From assembly GCA_030704615.1 (NCBI GenBank), contig CM060731.1, positions 57,288,001-57,352,000 on the forward strand: a DNA stretch of 64,000 nucleotides, read 5' to 3'. The DNA comes from Takakia lepidozioides (lineage: Eukaryota; Plantae; Bryophyta). Every line of letters starts with the position of its first letter. The first letter of the stretch is position 1. The notes under the pieces were generated by a model. The model worked only from the letters and a program-made list of their open reading frames with translations, was not told the DNA's origin and searched no databases. Shown one piece after another: positions 23,174 through 36,068 of the stretch. The translations under genes and the position numbers were made by a program.

Positions 23174-26100
23174 ATGGCTCCGAATTCCTACGCTATAGTT
23201 TGCTGTCCTCCGCAACTTGGGAGAGCCTGGATCCCAAACGAGGGAGGACTTTGCAGAGTGACTGAAACTTACCTTTGTTCCAAATTCAAGCTCAAACCGG
23301 GCACAGTTTATTTGGAAGAAGAAAGGAAGGATGTTCCTGGACAGGTTGACGAGACCATTGTCGTGCTAGGTAACGACGGAGGTTGCGGAATCGAATGGCA
23401 CGTTCCCCCGTCAGACACCATCCTGTACCGAGCTGTGGGAATGCCCATTCCCTTTCCGAATCAGTCGCTGCCCACACCATCCACAAAGGAGTCCGGAAAC
23501 CGAGAGGCGGCCACTGCCAACAGAGAGGTATGCAACGATAATCATTCCCGACCTGGACCGTCAAGACCCTCCATAGCTTCTCGTGTGGACGTATTCGACA
23601 TTTCCGACGAGGAAGATGATTGCATTGAGGTACCCATGTCCTCCACACGGTCGTTCAAATCCGGCATGGACGTCTCTGTAGGTGCTACGCATGTGCCCTC
23701 GAGCATAACTCCAACCGGTCCATTGTGCAGCTCCTACGACAACATCACCTCGATGGTTCTCGCTCCGAGCTGGCTGCTCTCGACTATGCCAAATTCCCAG
23801 TCAGAAAGGTAACGTTTCTGCCTCCCAAGTCGATGGCAATGTCATCTTCGAGTTTCCACCTGTTTCTTCGTCAAAGAAAGCCTCCGGGATGTTAACAGAC
23901 ATGGATCGAAAGCATGACGGACACCCCTGGTGTGTGACGAAGACCAGTAGCACGAAAATTGCTGATGGTGTTCGTGTACGATATGTCCTCTGTGCGGGGA
24001 AGCTGAGGTGCCTCAATCCCACCTGCTTCCACTTTCTCTCCAAAGGAGGGCGGAGAAACGAGACGGATTGGACTGGCACAACGCATCATCCATTCATTGT
24101 CTCCAGCCAAGCTCCTGCGGGTTCTTTCAAGTGTGCACATTGCAAAGAACCACCGACGTGCATGTCCATGTGCAGAGCCAAGCAATATTACGTTATCCAT
24201 TTGCTCCCGGACTTGACTAGAGCTTGCATACACGTTGGGGTCCACTGCCACCCCTTGGCGAGAGGCAACATGCGTGAGGCTGTGCAGGAAGCACACGACA
24301 TCATAAAAGAGGAGGTGAAATTGAGCCCCGGAGCCAGACCAAAGCAGATTCAGCTGAAGGCAGCCCACAAGATTGCTCTTGGCAAAATCATGTCTGAAGA
24401 TGGTTCCGACCGAGAGCCCTTGACCGAAGACGAGATGCGTGACCTCTTGGAGTCCGTCTCGCACGTTTGTAGTCCGAATGTGCGGAATCACATCGTATCT
24501 TGCAAGCAGGAGTTCGGCAGGGGGTCGGACATGTACTCAATCCTGGAGGTGAAACGAATGACTGGATATGACTACATCCAAGGTAGCAGGTTTCCAGGGC
24601 AAGGCAGCGAATCCGATCGTTGTTACATTTTCAAAATGTCGACGTGTGGGCCTGGGAGTGGAGTCGACTTGGTCACTCGCATGACAACTGGAAACTTGTC
24701 GAATGCTTGGGTGATGTTGATCACATCAAGCGAATTACAAACCATCAGTGGGTGACTATGGGTGCGCATGTTTATGACTATCACTCCAAGAGGCTCATGA
24801 CGATTGCAATCTGCGAGATGAAAGGGGAGGACACACAGTCCGAGATGCATCTGTGGGAGGGCATAAACGAGCAGATGGCAAGGGCGGGATTGCCAGAGCC
24901 CAATTTCAGGGGATTCATGGCAGACAACGCTCAGGCCAACTGGGCAGCGGTGCGGCGTGTGTACGGTGAGGACCCCAATGTTCCAATGGAGGGGAAAGAG
25001 AGATCCTGTGGATTCCATTGGATGCAGAGTCTATCCCACTACACTACCAAATTTGTTGCTAGCTCATTCCAGGCTGAACACCGTGTCCTTTGTACGGCGT
25101 GGAAGGATGCACCCACATTTGATGACGCGGAGGTTAAGTTTGCTATCATCGAGGCTTGGTGGAACACGTCAGGTGCAGTGGAGACAACCAATCTGGGAGC
25201 ATTGCACAGCTGGTTGGGGTGGTGGCATTTTCGGTATCGACAGTTCGGACAGTACATGCGGGAGGTAGGCTGCTGTCAATTTCGTTCATTTGTCTTTCTG
25301 TTACGGACATTTCGATTGGTCCCTCACCATTGTTTGTGTCTTTCTAGGAGCGGTGCTTGGATTCCGACACGGACATGCCGAACACGAATATGGCAGAATC
25401 GGTCCACTCCTCCTGGCGAGCGTCTTCTGCCGCACATCTGGTGGACGTAGTGACGGCCACAACGGAGGACATCGACAGAGCAATCATGCAGCAAGCCACG
25501 TACTACAAGTTCCTGAGCGGCAAACAATGGGGCTTTGGGCCGGACAGGGAGGAATTGTTGGTACGAACAGCTTCGAGGTCCAAGAATCCAGTGAAATGGG
25601 CGACAGCATTGCGAGAGAAGATCAAAGGGACGCCTCTGCACCGCAGAGGTGAACACCTAGAGGGGGACGTCCGGACTCGCCCTGTCAGGCGGAGGATTGA
25701 AGAGGAACCCGGGTGCGAAGAGGATTCCTGGAGATCCGACAGGAACATTCGGACAGCACCTCGAGGTCCCGTCATGTTGCCGCACAATGTGTCTTCCAGC
25801 AGTGGAAGCCCAAGAAATTCCAGATCGCCGTCGCCTTCAACCGGGGATTTCGTGCAACAAATTCCCACCGCTCCCTTGCCCCACATTCCGCCCGCTGTTA
25901 TGCAGTATGGCCAAGCCATTGTGGAGACGACTGTGTCTGCATCACAGTGGAGAATTGCTCGCACAAAGCCGTCGTTTCGAGGAAGGTGTTCCGCAATTCG
26001 TGTGGATACACGGCAACGTTGTTTAGAGATGATAAGGAGGAATCCAGATGGGGCTGTCCCTGCTCCTACTTTTACAGGAAGATTTGTCCATGCAAAGTTT

Positions 26101-26778
26101 GCGGAGGCGACAACCACCCAGTTCTGGTTCTGCAGGCACGACATTATGACTTGCGTGTATGGAAAGCCCAAGTACGGCATACAAACAATGCCAGAGGCTC
26201 CCCCGGTGTGGCCGGTGGAACCAGGCTGCGATCTGAGTCAGGTTGAGGCCGACGCCCTTACCGCCGCAGGATTTCGGATGGTGCAGCGCACTGACGTCCC
26301 CAGAGAACCATTTCCGCTTCCACAGCCTCCACCACCGACCCCTGTGAGAGCAAGAACAATGGGACACGACAGCTCTAAGCATCCTACACACCGTTGGGGG
26401 AAACCGAAGAGGCGGCGACCTCCCTCAAAAGTGAACGAGACAAGGATGGGGAATGCACTTCGGATGAACTGTACAATCCAGAGCTCGACAGAAGTGCCCC
26501 CACCAGGATTCGGGCGTGTGTATCAGATGGCCACGGCGGGCTCAGCTGTTCGCAATGAGGTGTACACCATCACCATTTCAGAATTACCCACCTGCAATTG
26601 CACCGACTTCCAGATCATGGCGAACAAGGGGGCATCATACTGCCCTTGCAAGCATTTGTACTACGTGTACCTAAAGAGACTCCGTTGTAATTCCACAACT
26701 CATCACTTCATACATGCACCAGGGTTGAGCCCCCAGGAGGTTCACACTCTTCTGAATATGGATCCAGGGGACCAGTGA
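23174..26778 (+). pseudogene. MULE-superfamily DDE transposase with GCM-like Zn domain and SWIM (two frameshifts, intron 25265-25347)
   Basis: CAGKLRCLNPTC..CAHC..C.AK..HVGVHCHP, then VM(F)DH, FMADNAQA, CGFHW and NMAESVH, then SWIM CNC...CKH. Confidence 0.88.
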
Positions 26779-27627
26779 GCTTGGCTTGCGGTCCACATAC
26801 AATGGTACGCCCATCCTTTTCGGATAGTAGAACTGTACTGCTGCCAGTACCTCAGACTCTGGCCACAGAAAGGTCCGACATATGTCTTGCCTACCAGTAA
26901 CCTGTTTTGATCGAACTAAGATATTACTATATCGTTCACTTGTTTCCACGTGCATGTATTTTTGTATGTTGGAGGGTTCATGTTTTTCTGCTTTCCGAAA
27001 ACTTGCTCTCCTCATTCGACCTCCGACAAGGAAATGCGGCGCCGAATTTCCAAGTATCGTCGTAGGTACCCCCAGAGGCGGCCTTCGCCAACACCAAACC
27101 GCTCCGAAATTTCGCACGTGCGAACCCTAATGCGGCACCCTATTTCCCAGTTCAGTTGCAAACCTTTCCCGCCGAATACCCGAAGAAGACAGAATTGTGA
27201 AGTACTGCAGACTGTATTGGTGCAGACTCCATTGGTTCAATCGCGGCAAAAGGGTCAGCTTCATTCCAATGTTAAGGCATGTAAAACCGCGGAATACTCT
27301 ATACAGGCCAGTATGCGACGTCCTTTTGCAGTGGTATACTGGATTTCCCGTTGCACGGTCACTTATTTCCATGAGCGGATCTAAAAAACCATGAGCGGAC
27401 TTGTTACTGACGACATATCTTCGCCGCATTACATGATCTGGAACGTCCAAAAACGGCAAGGTCAAATAAAAAACTATTATTTTAATACTTGTTTAATCTG
27501 CCGCATTTCCAAATTTGGAGGAGTCCGCTCATGAAATCCGCGTATCTTAGACTTCGGCTCACCGCTCATGCGGCTCATGCGGCTCATGGCTCATGGCTCA
27601 TGGTTTCTGCTCATGAAATAGTAAACC

Positions 27628-29875
27628 TCACAGACTGGGGGGCTTATGCATACAAAGTCATGCCCTTTGGACTTTGTAATGCACCAGCGACCTTTCAGAG
27701 AGTGATAAGTGAATCTTTTCATGAGTATCTGGATGATTTCATGCAGGTATTCTTGGATGATTTCAGTGTGTACAGCTCTAAGAATGAGCACTTGCATAAA
27801 TTGGAGTTATGTGTGGCCAGATGCAGGATGAGAGGTCGGGGCCTGAATCCAGAGAAGTGTACTTTCTGTGTGAACTCAGGGGTGCTTCTGGGACACATTG
27901 TGTGTAAGAAGGGACTCCTTGTGGATCCCAGAAAGACAGAGTCCATTAAAGCCTCTCCACCACCAGTGAATGTTAAAAGTCTACGAAGATTCCTTGGGCA
28001 AACCAGTTATTACAGGAGATTTATCAAAAGGTATGCACAAATAGCAGCACCATTGAGCAAACTACTGAAGAAAGATGCAGTGTTTGCCTGGACAGCGGAA
28101 TGTCAACAGGCATTTGAGGAACTTACACTGTCAGTAACAACTACACCTGTGCTGATTAACCCTCACTGGCATGTAGTATTCCATGTTCACTGCGATGCAT
28201 CAGGAGAAGCGTTGGGAGCGGTGTTAGCCCAGAATGTTACAGGAAATATAGATTCACCTGTGTACTATGCTAGCCGGTTGATGAACAGTGCTGAGAGGAA
28301 CTATAGCACAACGGAAAGAGAAGCATTGGCAATGATCTATGCAGTGAAGAAATTCAGGCATTACCTGTTGGGCAAGAAGTTTATGTTCTATGTGGATCAC
28401 CAGGCTCTGATATACCTGGTAAACAACCTCTGATAAGCGGAAGAATAGCAAGATGGTTAATAATCTTGCATGAGTTTGAGTTCGAGGTTGTTTACAAGCC
28501 TGGGAGACTGCATCTTGTGGCGGATCATTTGTCACGATTGTCAACAGGAGAACCAGCCACAGGAATAGATGATCAATTACCAGATGCGAGTCTCTTTGCA
28601 GTGGAGGTGCAGGGAAGTGCAGATGACTGGTTAGATTGGCAGTGGCCAATCAGATACTACCTTGCTCATGGTCAGTGCCCACCTAGTTATGGTAAGGAGC
28701 AGAGGAAGAGAATCGCTATCAAAGCTTTACCTTATACTATGGTAGGAAGCAGAATGTATAAGTTAGGACCTGATGGAGTACTAAAACGATGCTTGTACCA
28801 CCATGAAGTAAATAAAGTTTTGGCGGAAGTTCATAAAGGAGTGGCTGGAGGTCATTTTGGAGAAGAGACTACCAGTAGAAGATACTACTCGCAGGATACT
28901 GGTGGCCTACTTTGTTCAAAGATGTACACGAGTATTGTCAGAAGTGTGATGAATGTCAGAGGCTAGGACCTTTGCAGAGATCTGGAAGGATGGCCTTGCA
29001 TCCTACAATGCCTACGGAACCATTTCAGAAATGGGGACTAGACTTTGTTGGACCAATTAACCCACCATCCAAGAATACACGAAACAGGTACATAATTACA
29101 GCCACTGATTATACTACAAAGTGGGTGGAAGCTAAAGCTTTGAGGGACAACACAGCCAAGTCCACAGCAAGGTTCCTGTACGAGAACATACTTACACGAT
29201 TTGGCTGTCCCTTAGAATTTATCAGTGATCAGGGAAGTCACTTCATGAATGAGACCATTGAGTTGTTGACTAAAGAGTTTATGATTGTGCATAGAAAGAG
29301 TACAACATATTACCCACAGGGTAATGGGCAGGCAGAGGCTACCAACAAAATACTATGTACTATCTTGGCTAAGATAGTCAATGCAAACAGAACGGATTGG
29401 GATACAAAGCTGCTGACAGCTTTGTGGTCATACAGGACTTCATATAAAGTCACCACTAAGTATACACCATTCCAATTAGTTTATGGTATGGAAGCCTTAC
29501 TTCCAGTGGAATTCCTGTTACCTACCATGAGAACGGAGTGGGGAAAAAGAATGGAATTGCAAGACTCCATCAAGGTCAGGAAACATGAATTATACCATGT
29601 GGAAGAAGTACGTGCTGATGCAGCTGATAATATGACCAGAATTCAGATGAAGCGAAAGGAACAGTTTGATGAAGGCAAGTTAAAGACTTTTAAGACGGGG
29701 GATTTGGTTCTATGGTTGCAGAAGAAAGGAAAGATTCAAGCTTCTAAGCTTAAATCACCATGGAAAGGACCTTATGTCATACAAAAGATGTATGATAACA
29801 ACACCGCCATGTTACAAACCATTAACAAAGAAATGCTGGGAAGAGTCAATGTCAATAAGTTGAAGGGGTACAGTG
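27628..29875 (+). pseudogene. pol: pol 3' part: RT, RNase H and integrase
   Basis: MPFGLCNAPATFQR, FLDDF, CDASG, ERNYSTTEREAL, GGHFG..CDECQ, WGLDFVGP, SDQGSHF, QAEATNK and WKGPY. Confidence 0.95.
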
Positions 29876-30638
29876 GTATCCATGACAAACCCTTGCAGCA
29901 TGATTTGCATGTTGAACCGCAAGAGCAGTCACGGGCTGCACCAGTGTTACGAACGGAGTATGGAGCACTTGTCGCTAGGCCCAGCATATATGACCAGGGC
30001 GGGCAAAACAAACGTGACACAGCCTATCACAGCCCAGCACGGCGCAACACAGCCTATCACAACCTACCACAGCATGTCACAGCCTATCACAGCTTACCAC
30101 AGTGCATCACAACCTATCACAGCGTAACACAGTATGACACAGCCTGTCACAGCTCAACACAGCCTACTAAAGTTACACAATCCATAGAATCAGTGACAGG
30201 TGGACGCATAATAACTTCAGGAAAATGGCTGACGGAAGAGAAAACGGAAATTACTTTAAAAATAGACACGTGGAGGTCAGGGCGCGACACACAGCCGAGA
30301 AGGAAGTGCAAGAACAGGTGTCAAAAAGAAAGAGGACAAGAACGGCCGTCAAAAGGGATGAAAGGCGGGCCCATTAATGAATACGGAAAAAGGGAAACGG
30401 AACGAACGGCAAGTACAGAAAAGCGAAATTCTTGTCACATGTGTGATCCTAGTGGACTATCCAGCAGGGAAAGTCCACTAAAGAAAATAAAATCTAAAAT
30501 CCAGTCACAGCGGATACAGCCAATAGAAAACCAGAGAAAGGATCAAGAAAATGGAGGGAAATTGAGCGCAAGAGGCGGCGTCGTTCTGAGTAACGGGCGT
30601 CTCGACGGGACAAACCATCAATGCTATAGCTTGGAAAC

Positions 30639-33600
30639 TATGGAGGAACTAACAGACTATACGCTCGCAATATTACTTACGCAGTGGCATAGACACGAAA
30701 GGACAGAGCGGAGCTTTTCTCTTGAGCGATGCTTGCAAGCCCCGCAGGCTTACAAGAAATTACCCATAGCTTTCTGCGGCAACCATACGTTTATGCTTTG
30801 TGCACTACAGGCATTCCTGCAGTTGTTACAGCCAAAACAGTTCTGTGAGTCTAAAATGAAGAGAGTGAGAGGAATGGAGGAAATCAGGGTGAAGAGCACC
30901 ACAATTCTGCAAAACAAACGATTGCTACCCCACAGGCGATACAGATACTGGAGGAGCTGAGATTGCAAGGATTGCAAAGCCTAGATTGGACATTACACCA
31001 TAGACAGTACATGTTACAATTTTTGCAGAACTTTGAGCCAAGGACAGGAACAACAACGGTGAAGGGAGTTGAATTGATGATTACTCCCCTATACCTCCAG
31101 CAATTGTTTCGATTGCCAGCAGGTCAGGTGCATGTGGGGAACACAGGGCAAGACTGCAAATAGGGGACTTATTCCAAGAAGGGAGTTTCTTTAAAACTCA
31201 GGGTTATGCTTGTACCAAGGCTGTGTACCCAGGGCTAAAAGAGGTAGGCCAGGTATTGAACGTTCTGATTGCCATGAAACAGAACCAACAGTATTTGAGC
31301 AGATCCTTCACGGAGGAAATACTCAAAGGCCTAAAGGGACAAGAGGTACAATGGGCGGACATAATGTACAACGCACTGGTGGAGGAGATGAAAAGATTAC
31401 AAGGTACTACCGCAAAGTCTCCTATCATAGTGTCTGGCCCAATCATTGCTCAAATAATCCTTGATTCTGGCATACTTGATGCGCAAGAAAGAAAGGAAAT
31501 GAGAGTGTTTGAGCCAGAAACCACTGCAATGGAAGAGCAAGGCTCTTCACACAGTGAGGGTGGACTAGCAGGGCAACCCGAGACTAAGAGGCAGAGACGG
31601 GGAAAGACTGTAGTGGCGGATCCACTGGCTTCACGGATTCCGCATGATAATGTTTCCCAAGCTCATGGCCAGGAAGGGGCACAGCAGCACAGAGAAATGC
31701 TATTACTGGAAGCAGGACCTTCAGAGAGGGAGGAGGAAGTTACTTCTGTATCACAACCATCACAGCCAGCTGATCGACTTGTCACAAGGTCACAAGTTGT
31801 CCATGCAGCTCAACCAGAAATAATTGATTTGGAAAGAGAAGGGTTAGATATTCAACTACAGAACAGATAGTGGCAGAAATGGAGAAGGGGGACCTTCTCT
31901 ATGAATATTCTGGTCTGGTCAAGGAGACAGAGATCCCAGAGGTGCAACAGTTGCCCAAGGGAAATCCTGAGGTGCATATAATACACACACCTGTGTCGGA
32001 GGTACCACAGGCGGAAGGTCATGACACTGTAGCACCGGTGATAGATGAAGTAGTTCAGGAAGAAAATCCGGTGGGACAATGGCCTGAATGGTTCGTGAGA
32101 CATCACACTGTTGAGGATCAAGAGGAACAGCAGCAACCTCACCATGATGACCCTCAACAGGCAATGCTGATGAGTTCCATAGGCAGGACACTTAATTTGT
32201 TGGGGACTTATGTCAAATCCCATGTTCCAACTACCCAATTGACAGCCTTGAGAGAGGAACTCAGGAAGGAGTTTGAGGCTCGACTAGCCACTGAGTGTGC
32301 AAACAAGGTCGATGAAGAGGTCACTCTCAAGATGCAGCAGGACTTGGGAAATACAGAAGCGGCTTTGCAATTGGCCAAGGAACAATTGATTGAGGCAGGC
32401 CTCGCGCAAGACCAGTTGCACGAAGCACATAAGCAACAGCTATACCAAATGCAGGTGCAGCATGAAAGCAAGTTGCAAGAAGTGAATGCACTACATACGG
32501 AGTTGCAGACAGTGCATGACAGGATGGCGATACAATGTGCTACATTCACAACTATGCTTGAACAATCTACAAAAGAAATAAACAGTCAAGCGGAAAAATG
32601 TACGAAGGCAGAAGAGAGAATGTTGAGCAATTGAAACTCATTGTCGATATGAAGAATACAATCTGTCGCAATGAGGATGCTTTCAAGCAATACAAGCAGG
32701 TTGAAGCTGATCAAGAGAAGCACATCGTGGAGTTGCACCAAACGATCATGGCCAATAGAAATGAAACCACGGTCAATAACAAGGCTTGGAGGGAAGCTAA
32801 TAATCTGGCTGCTGCCTATGCAAAGTTGGTTGAACCTCAGGCGAAGCGCATGGAGGCTTTACAACAGCAGTTAGAAGTGTACAAGCTAAGAGATGAGCAA
32901 ACTCTCAGGAGAACCACAAGCAACTTGGTGGATAACAGCCTTATGCAGGTCTGGTTAGCACAAGGGCCAGTAGAGGGCAAAGCACCACGAAAGCTCACCC
33001 AAAGCGAGATGAATGAGCTTAGGCTGCAGGTGCAGAACATTGCCACAACTACTATAGACAATGTCTATAGTAGGATAGCAGAGTTACAAGAGGATGTAGA
33101 CGGATTGCAGACTCAAGTGGAGGACCTCACTTCAAACATCAACAAAAGAGTCTATATCCCTCAGGAACAGCTAATGGCTTCTTATTTACAAGCCAGAACT
33201 TTGGCTTTTCAGTCTTCACAGGAGGTGCAGGAGATGCCAATGATACAAGAGCCAGTACCACCACCACCACAACAAGTCACTGTACCAGTAGCTGAACCTG
33301 TGGTTACTACAACCACACCACAGCCACCACAGCCTGAGGTATGGGGCAATGCTGCTTTTAACCCACCTAAAACTCCAGCTGCAAGGGAGTATAGTAGGGC
33401 TATGATTATGCCCTTCAACCAAATTCCCATCATGTTGGATTTGGCTTGGAAAGAATTTAGTCCTCCGCAGTCATTCGCACATTACTACCAAATCATGCGT
33501 ATTTGGCTGCCAGTGGCAACTAGGACTAAAGTTCTTCCGAACAATCGACATATTGAAGATCATCACTTTGCACAATACTGGCATGAGGCAGGTACCATGT

Positions 33601-34403
33601 TGAGGGAATTGATTGTTTTCCAGGTTGTACATGGACTCATTTATACCAAGACCAAGGAGGTAGCAAGTATTGTCATGGGATGCGGGTTATACTACGCTGC
33701 TTGTTTTCTGGTACGTTACCACATTGAGCAACAAAAGATGCAAACACGCTTTCTGAGTTATTCCAGTGGAGATCATTGGGTATTACCTTCGGTGCCACCT
33801 CATATGTACCTATATGACCCAAAAGTTATGATGCAAAAGGATTCTCAAATTCGTTCATGGTTTCAAGCGGCCTAGAACAATTTGTCAACACAGAAATTCG
33901 GCATTGATGATATTTTCTATAAGGGACATGTGGCATGGAAATACTTGCACGCTGCACCAGTAATTGGTACCCCACTCACCTGGACAGACAAGGAGCTCAG
34001 TGTCTACACCAATTTTACTGTTCAGCGGTTACACCAAGTTGTAAAATATAAACTTCCAGACATGGTAGGACAGCATTGTATGCCCCAGATGATTCCACAA
34101 AAAGTTCGAAAATTAAAACACCTGAGAGGCGATGAGGATTCTGATACAACTGTTTCTTCACCGAATTCTTTTGACATGGGAGAAGACTATGCAGTTCAGA
34201 TGGCAGAGAAGAAGCGACGGGGGTCTCCTATGTCGGAAAGGTTACCTCGATATCAGTCTCCAGAGAGCCTCACTTATCCAGGTAGTGACCAACCATCTCC
34301 GTCAAATAGAGACAGACCTAGGGCTCGTACACACAGTCCGCCACGAAACTCTCAATGTCAAAAAGGTGATCACTCACAAAGGTTTGCTAATCGAAATCAG
34401 TAA
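30639..34403 (+). pseudogene. long extra ORF 3' of pol (Athila-ORF/plant-mobile-domain-like N-terminus, coiled coil), broken by stops and frameshifts
   Basis: Consecutive same-strand ORFs. FLQNF..VKGVELMIT...LFRLP, GQEVQWADIMYNAL and a long Q/E/L heptad region. Confidence 0.6.
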
Positions 34404-34424
34404 ACCGTGAGGACACGGCTTTTT

Positions 34425-34438
34425 GAGGGGGGAAGGGG
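34425..34438 (+). promoter_or_regulatory. polypurine tract
   Basis: GAGGGGGGAAGGGG lies 3 nt before the 3' LTR. Confidence 0.9.
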
Positions 34439-34441
34439 TAA

Positions 34442-35346
34442 TGTTAGAGGACTGTCGGGGACTTAGACACTTATACGGGATCTGTAGAGGTTTCCTTAAT
34501 TTTTGCACAGACTGAGACCAACAGGAGCCTTAGGGGTGACAGCAGCGCACTGTAGAGGGGGGTTACACAGCCCGTCACAGTCGTCACAGCAGACACAGCC
34601 GACACAGCCAACACAGCCCGTCACAGTCGTCACAGCCAACACAGCCGTCACAGACGACACAGCCACACAGCCAGTCACAGCCCGACACAGCCAAACACAG
34701 TCGCATAGCCAGTCACAGCTTGACACAGCTGTCACGATCATAGGGAACGAAGAGTAGGACAGGGAACGACTGTGGGGAACAACACCTGCGAAGGGAACAT
34801 GTTAGTTCACAGACGACGGTTAGAACCACGGATAGGAAGATAAAGAGAGAAATGGGGAATTTCGGGGGGATATCATTGGGAGGAGGACTTCTTGGTCATG
34901 GAGGAGAGGGGATGGGGCAGAGATGAAGAACGGAAGTGAAGATAGAGAGATGATGAGTAGATGCTTGTTATATGCAAGGCTGTAATGATATTGTAGAGCA
35001 GATTAGAGACACAATGGCTTCGGCCTGATACCTAATAAATCATAATCGGATACTTTTACGATACACTCACACTGTGTAGAGAGATCTGAGTGAAGCTGTG
35101 GAATGAATGGATGAGTTGACGGAATCCAATAGATTGATAAAGCAAACTGATACTTAATTATCAATGGTAAGGTAGTTAACATGAATGCCAAAAGGGAAAC
35201 AAATAGGAAACACCCCCATGATACCCTAGCTGTAGGTCATGACTGATTGTTCTGCGCGGGCTGAGTACTTAGAGATTTCCAACTCTTCTATCTTGGAGTT
35301 TCCGCCTCGAATAGCGAAGGGATGGGTGAGTAAAAGCCGTGCGACA
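34442..35346 (+). repeat. 3' LTR (905 bp)
   Basis: Matches the 5' LTR with fewer minisatellite units and a short deletion. Confidence 0.95.
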
Positions 35347-36068
35347 AGATGGCAGGTGGCCTGCAGCTCTCCCTCACGCTACCTCCCACCACATCTTGCA
35401 AAAGCATTACAGGTGTGGCACCCCCTTAGCTTTTGTGCAATCTGGTGTTCCCTACTCATATTTTCACTTTTATTGCGTACCTCATAGCCTAGGTGGGGTA
35501 GAGGGGTAGAGTAGTCTCTTGTTGTTGTAGCACGTGACAACCCAGCTCATCCTTGCATACCTAATTACCTAAACTGAACCATGACGCTAGATTGAAGGAA
35601 CTTGTCCCTTCTGTCAATCATTGGTTGGGATCGAAGAGGAATATGGCAATGCATATCATCAATATGTGAATGTTGATTCTCTGAAACTTCACCATGTGGG
35701 GGAATATAGAATTTGGAAACGTGTGGAAAGCAGGTTTGTCATCTATGTGGATCACTTGCACTTCTTGAAGGCTGCACTTGCGTTAACCAGAGACGATCCA
35801 GACTTGGCCTCTGATTGAAAAGGTAATTTCATGTCAGAATTAGGTAGTATGGTTGTCATGAAACTGGAAATATCAGTAGGGTTTAGGGTTTGTTGGTTTG
35901 TTGGTTCTCATGAAGCTGGAAATGTCGGTAGGGTGTTGGTTTGTAGCTCCATCCTTGCCCCCTCATGTTGCTGTCTCCGTACATAACCAACCTGGAGTTG
36001 TAAAAAACTAGTTTAATGGGAATGTGGGGCTAGGAGTATGTAGGGCACTCAGGAAGCGGTTCAAAACA

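Larger units (their letters stand above)
12448..27627. mobile_element. MULE-like DNA transposon copy A (15.2 kb), both ends intact, inserted in RT
   Basis: TSD TCACAGACTG at 12438-12447 and 27628-27637 (a G run allows 10-13 bp). TIRs GGGGGGCTGCTATTTCATGAGC / GCTCATGAAATAGTAAACC with subterminal CATGAGC tandems. Removal restores FITDWGAYAY. Confidence 0.93.
7435..35346 (+). mobile_element. Ty3/Gypsy non-chromovirus (Athila/Tat-related) LTR retrotransposon, decayed
   Basis: Two TG...CA LTRs, 5-bp TSD GGATG/AGATG (one mismatch), PBS, PPT, and gag-PR-RT-RH-INT order. Confidence 0.95.

Noticed and set aside
12448-27627. Apparent CpG richness of copy A relative to the Gypsy host as proof of anti-silencing
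   Set aside because: It was not quantified and is confounded by younger age and base composition.
29876-30640. Chromodomain or functional integrase extension
   Set aside because: No chromodomain motif is visible; the frame runs through repeats and spacer sequence.
35878-35892. Telomere-like TAGGGTTT (also ~5007, ~5685, ~12565)
   Set aside because: Only one or two units each; these are common telo-box-like words and not a telomeric array.
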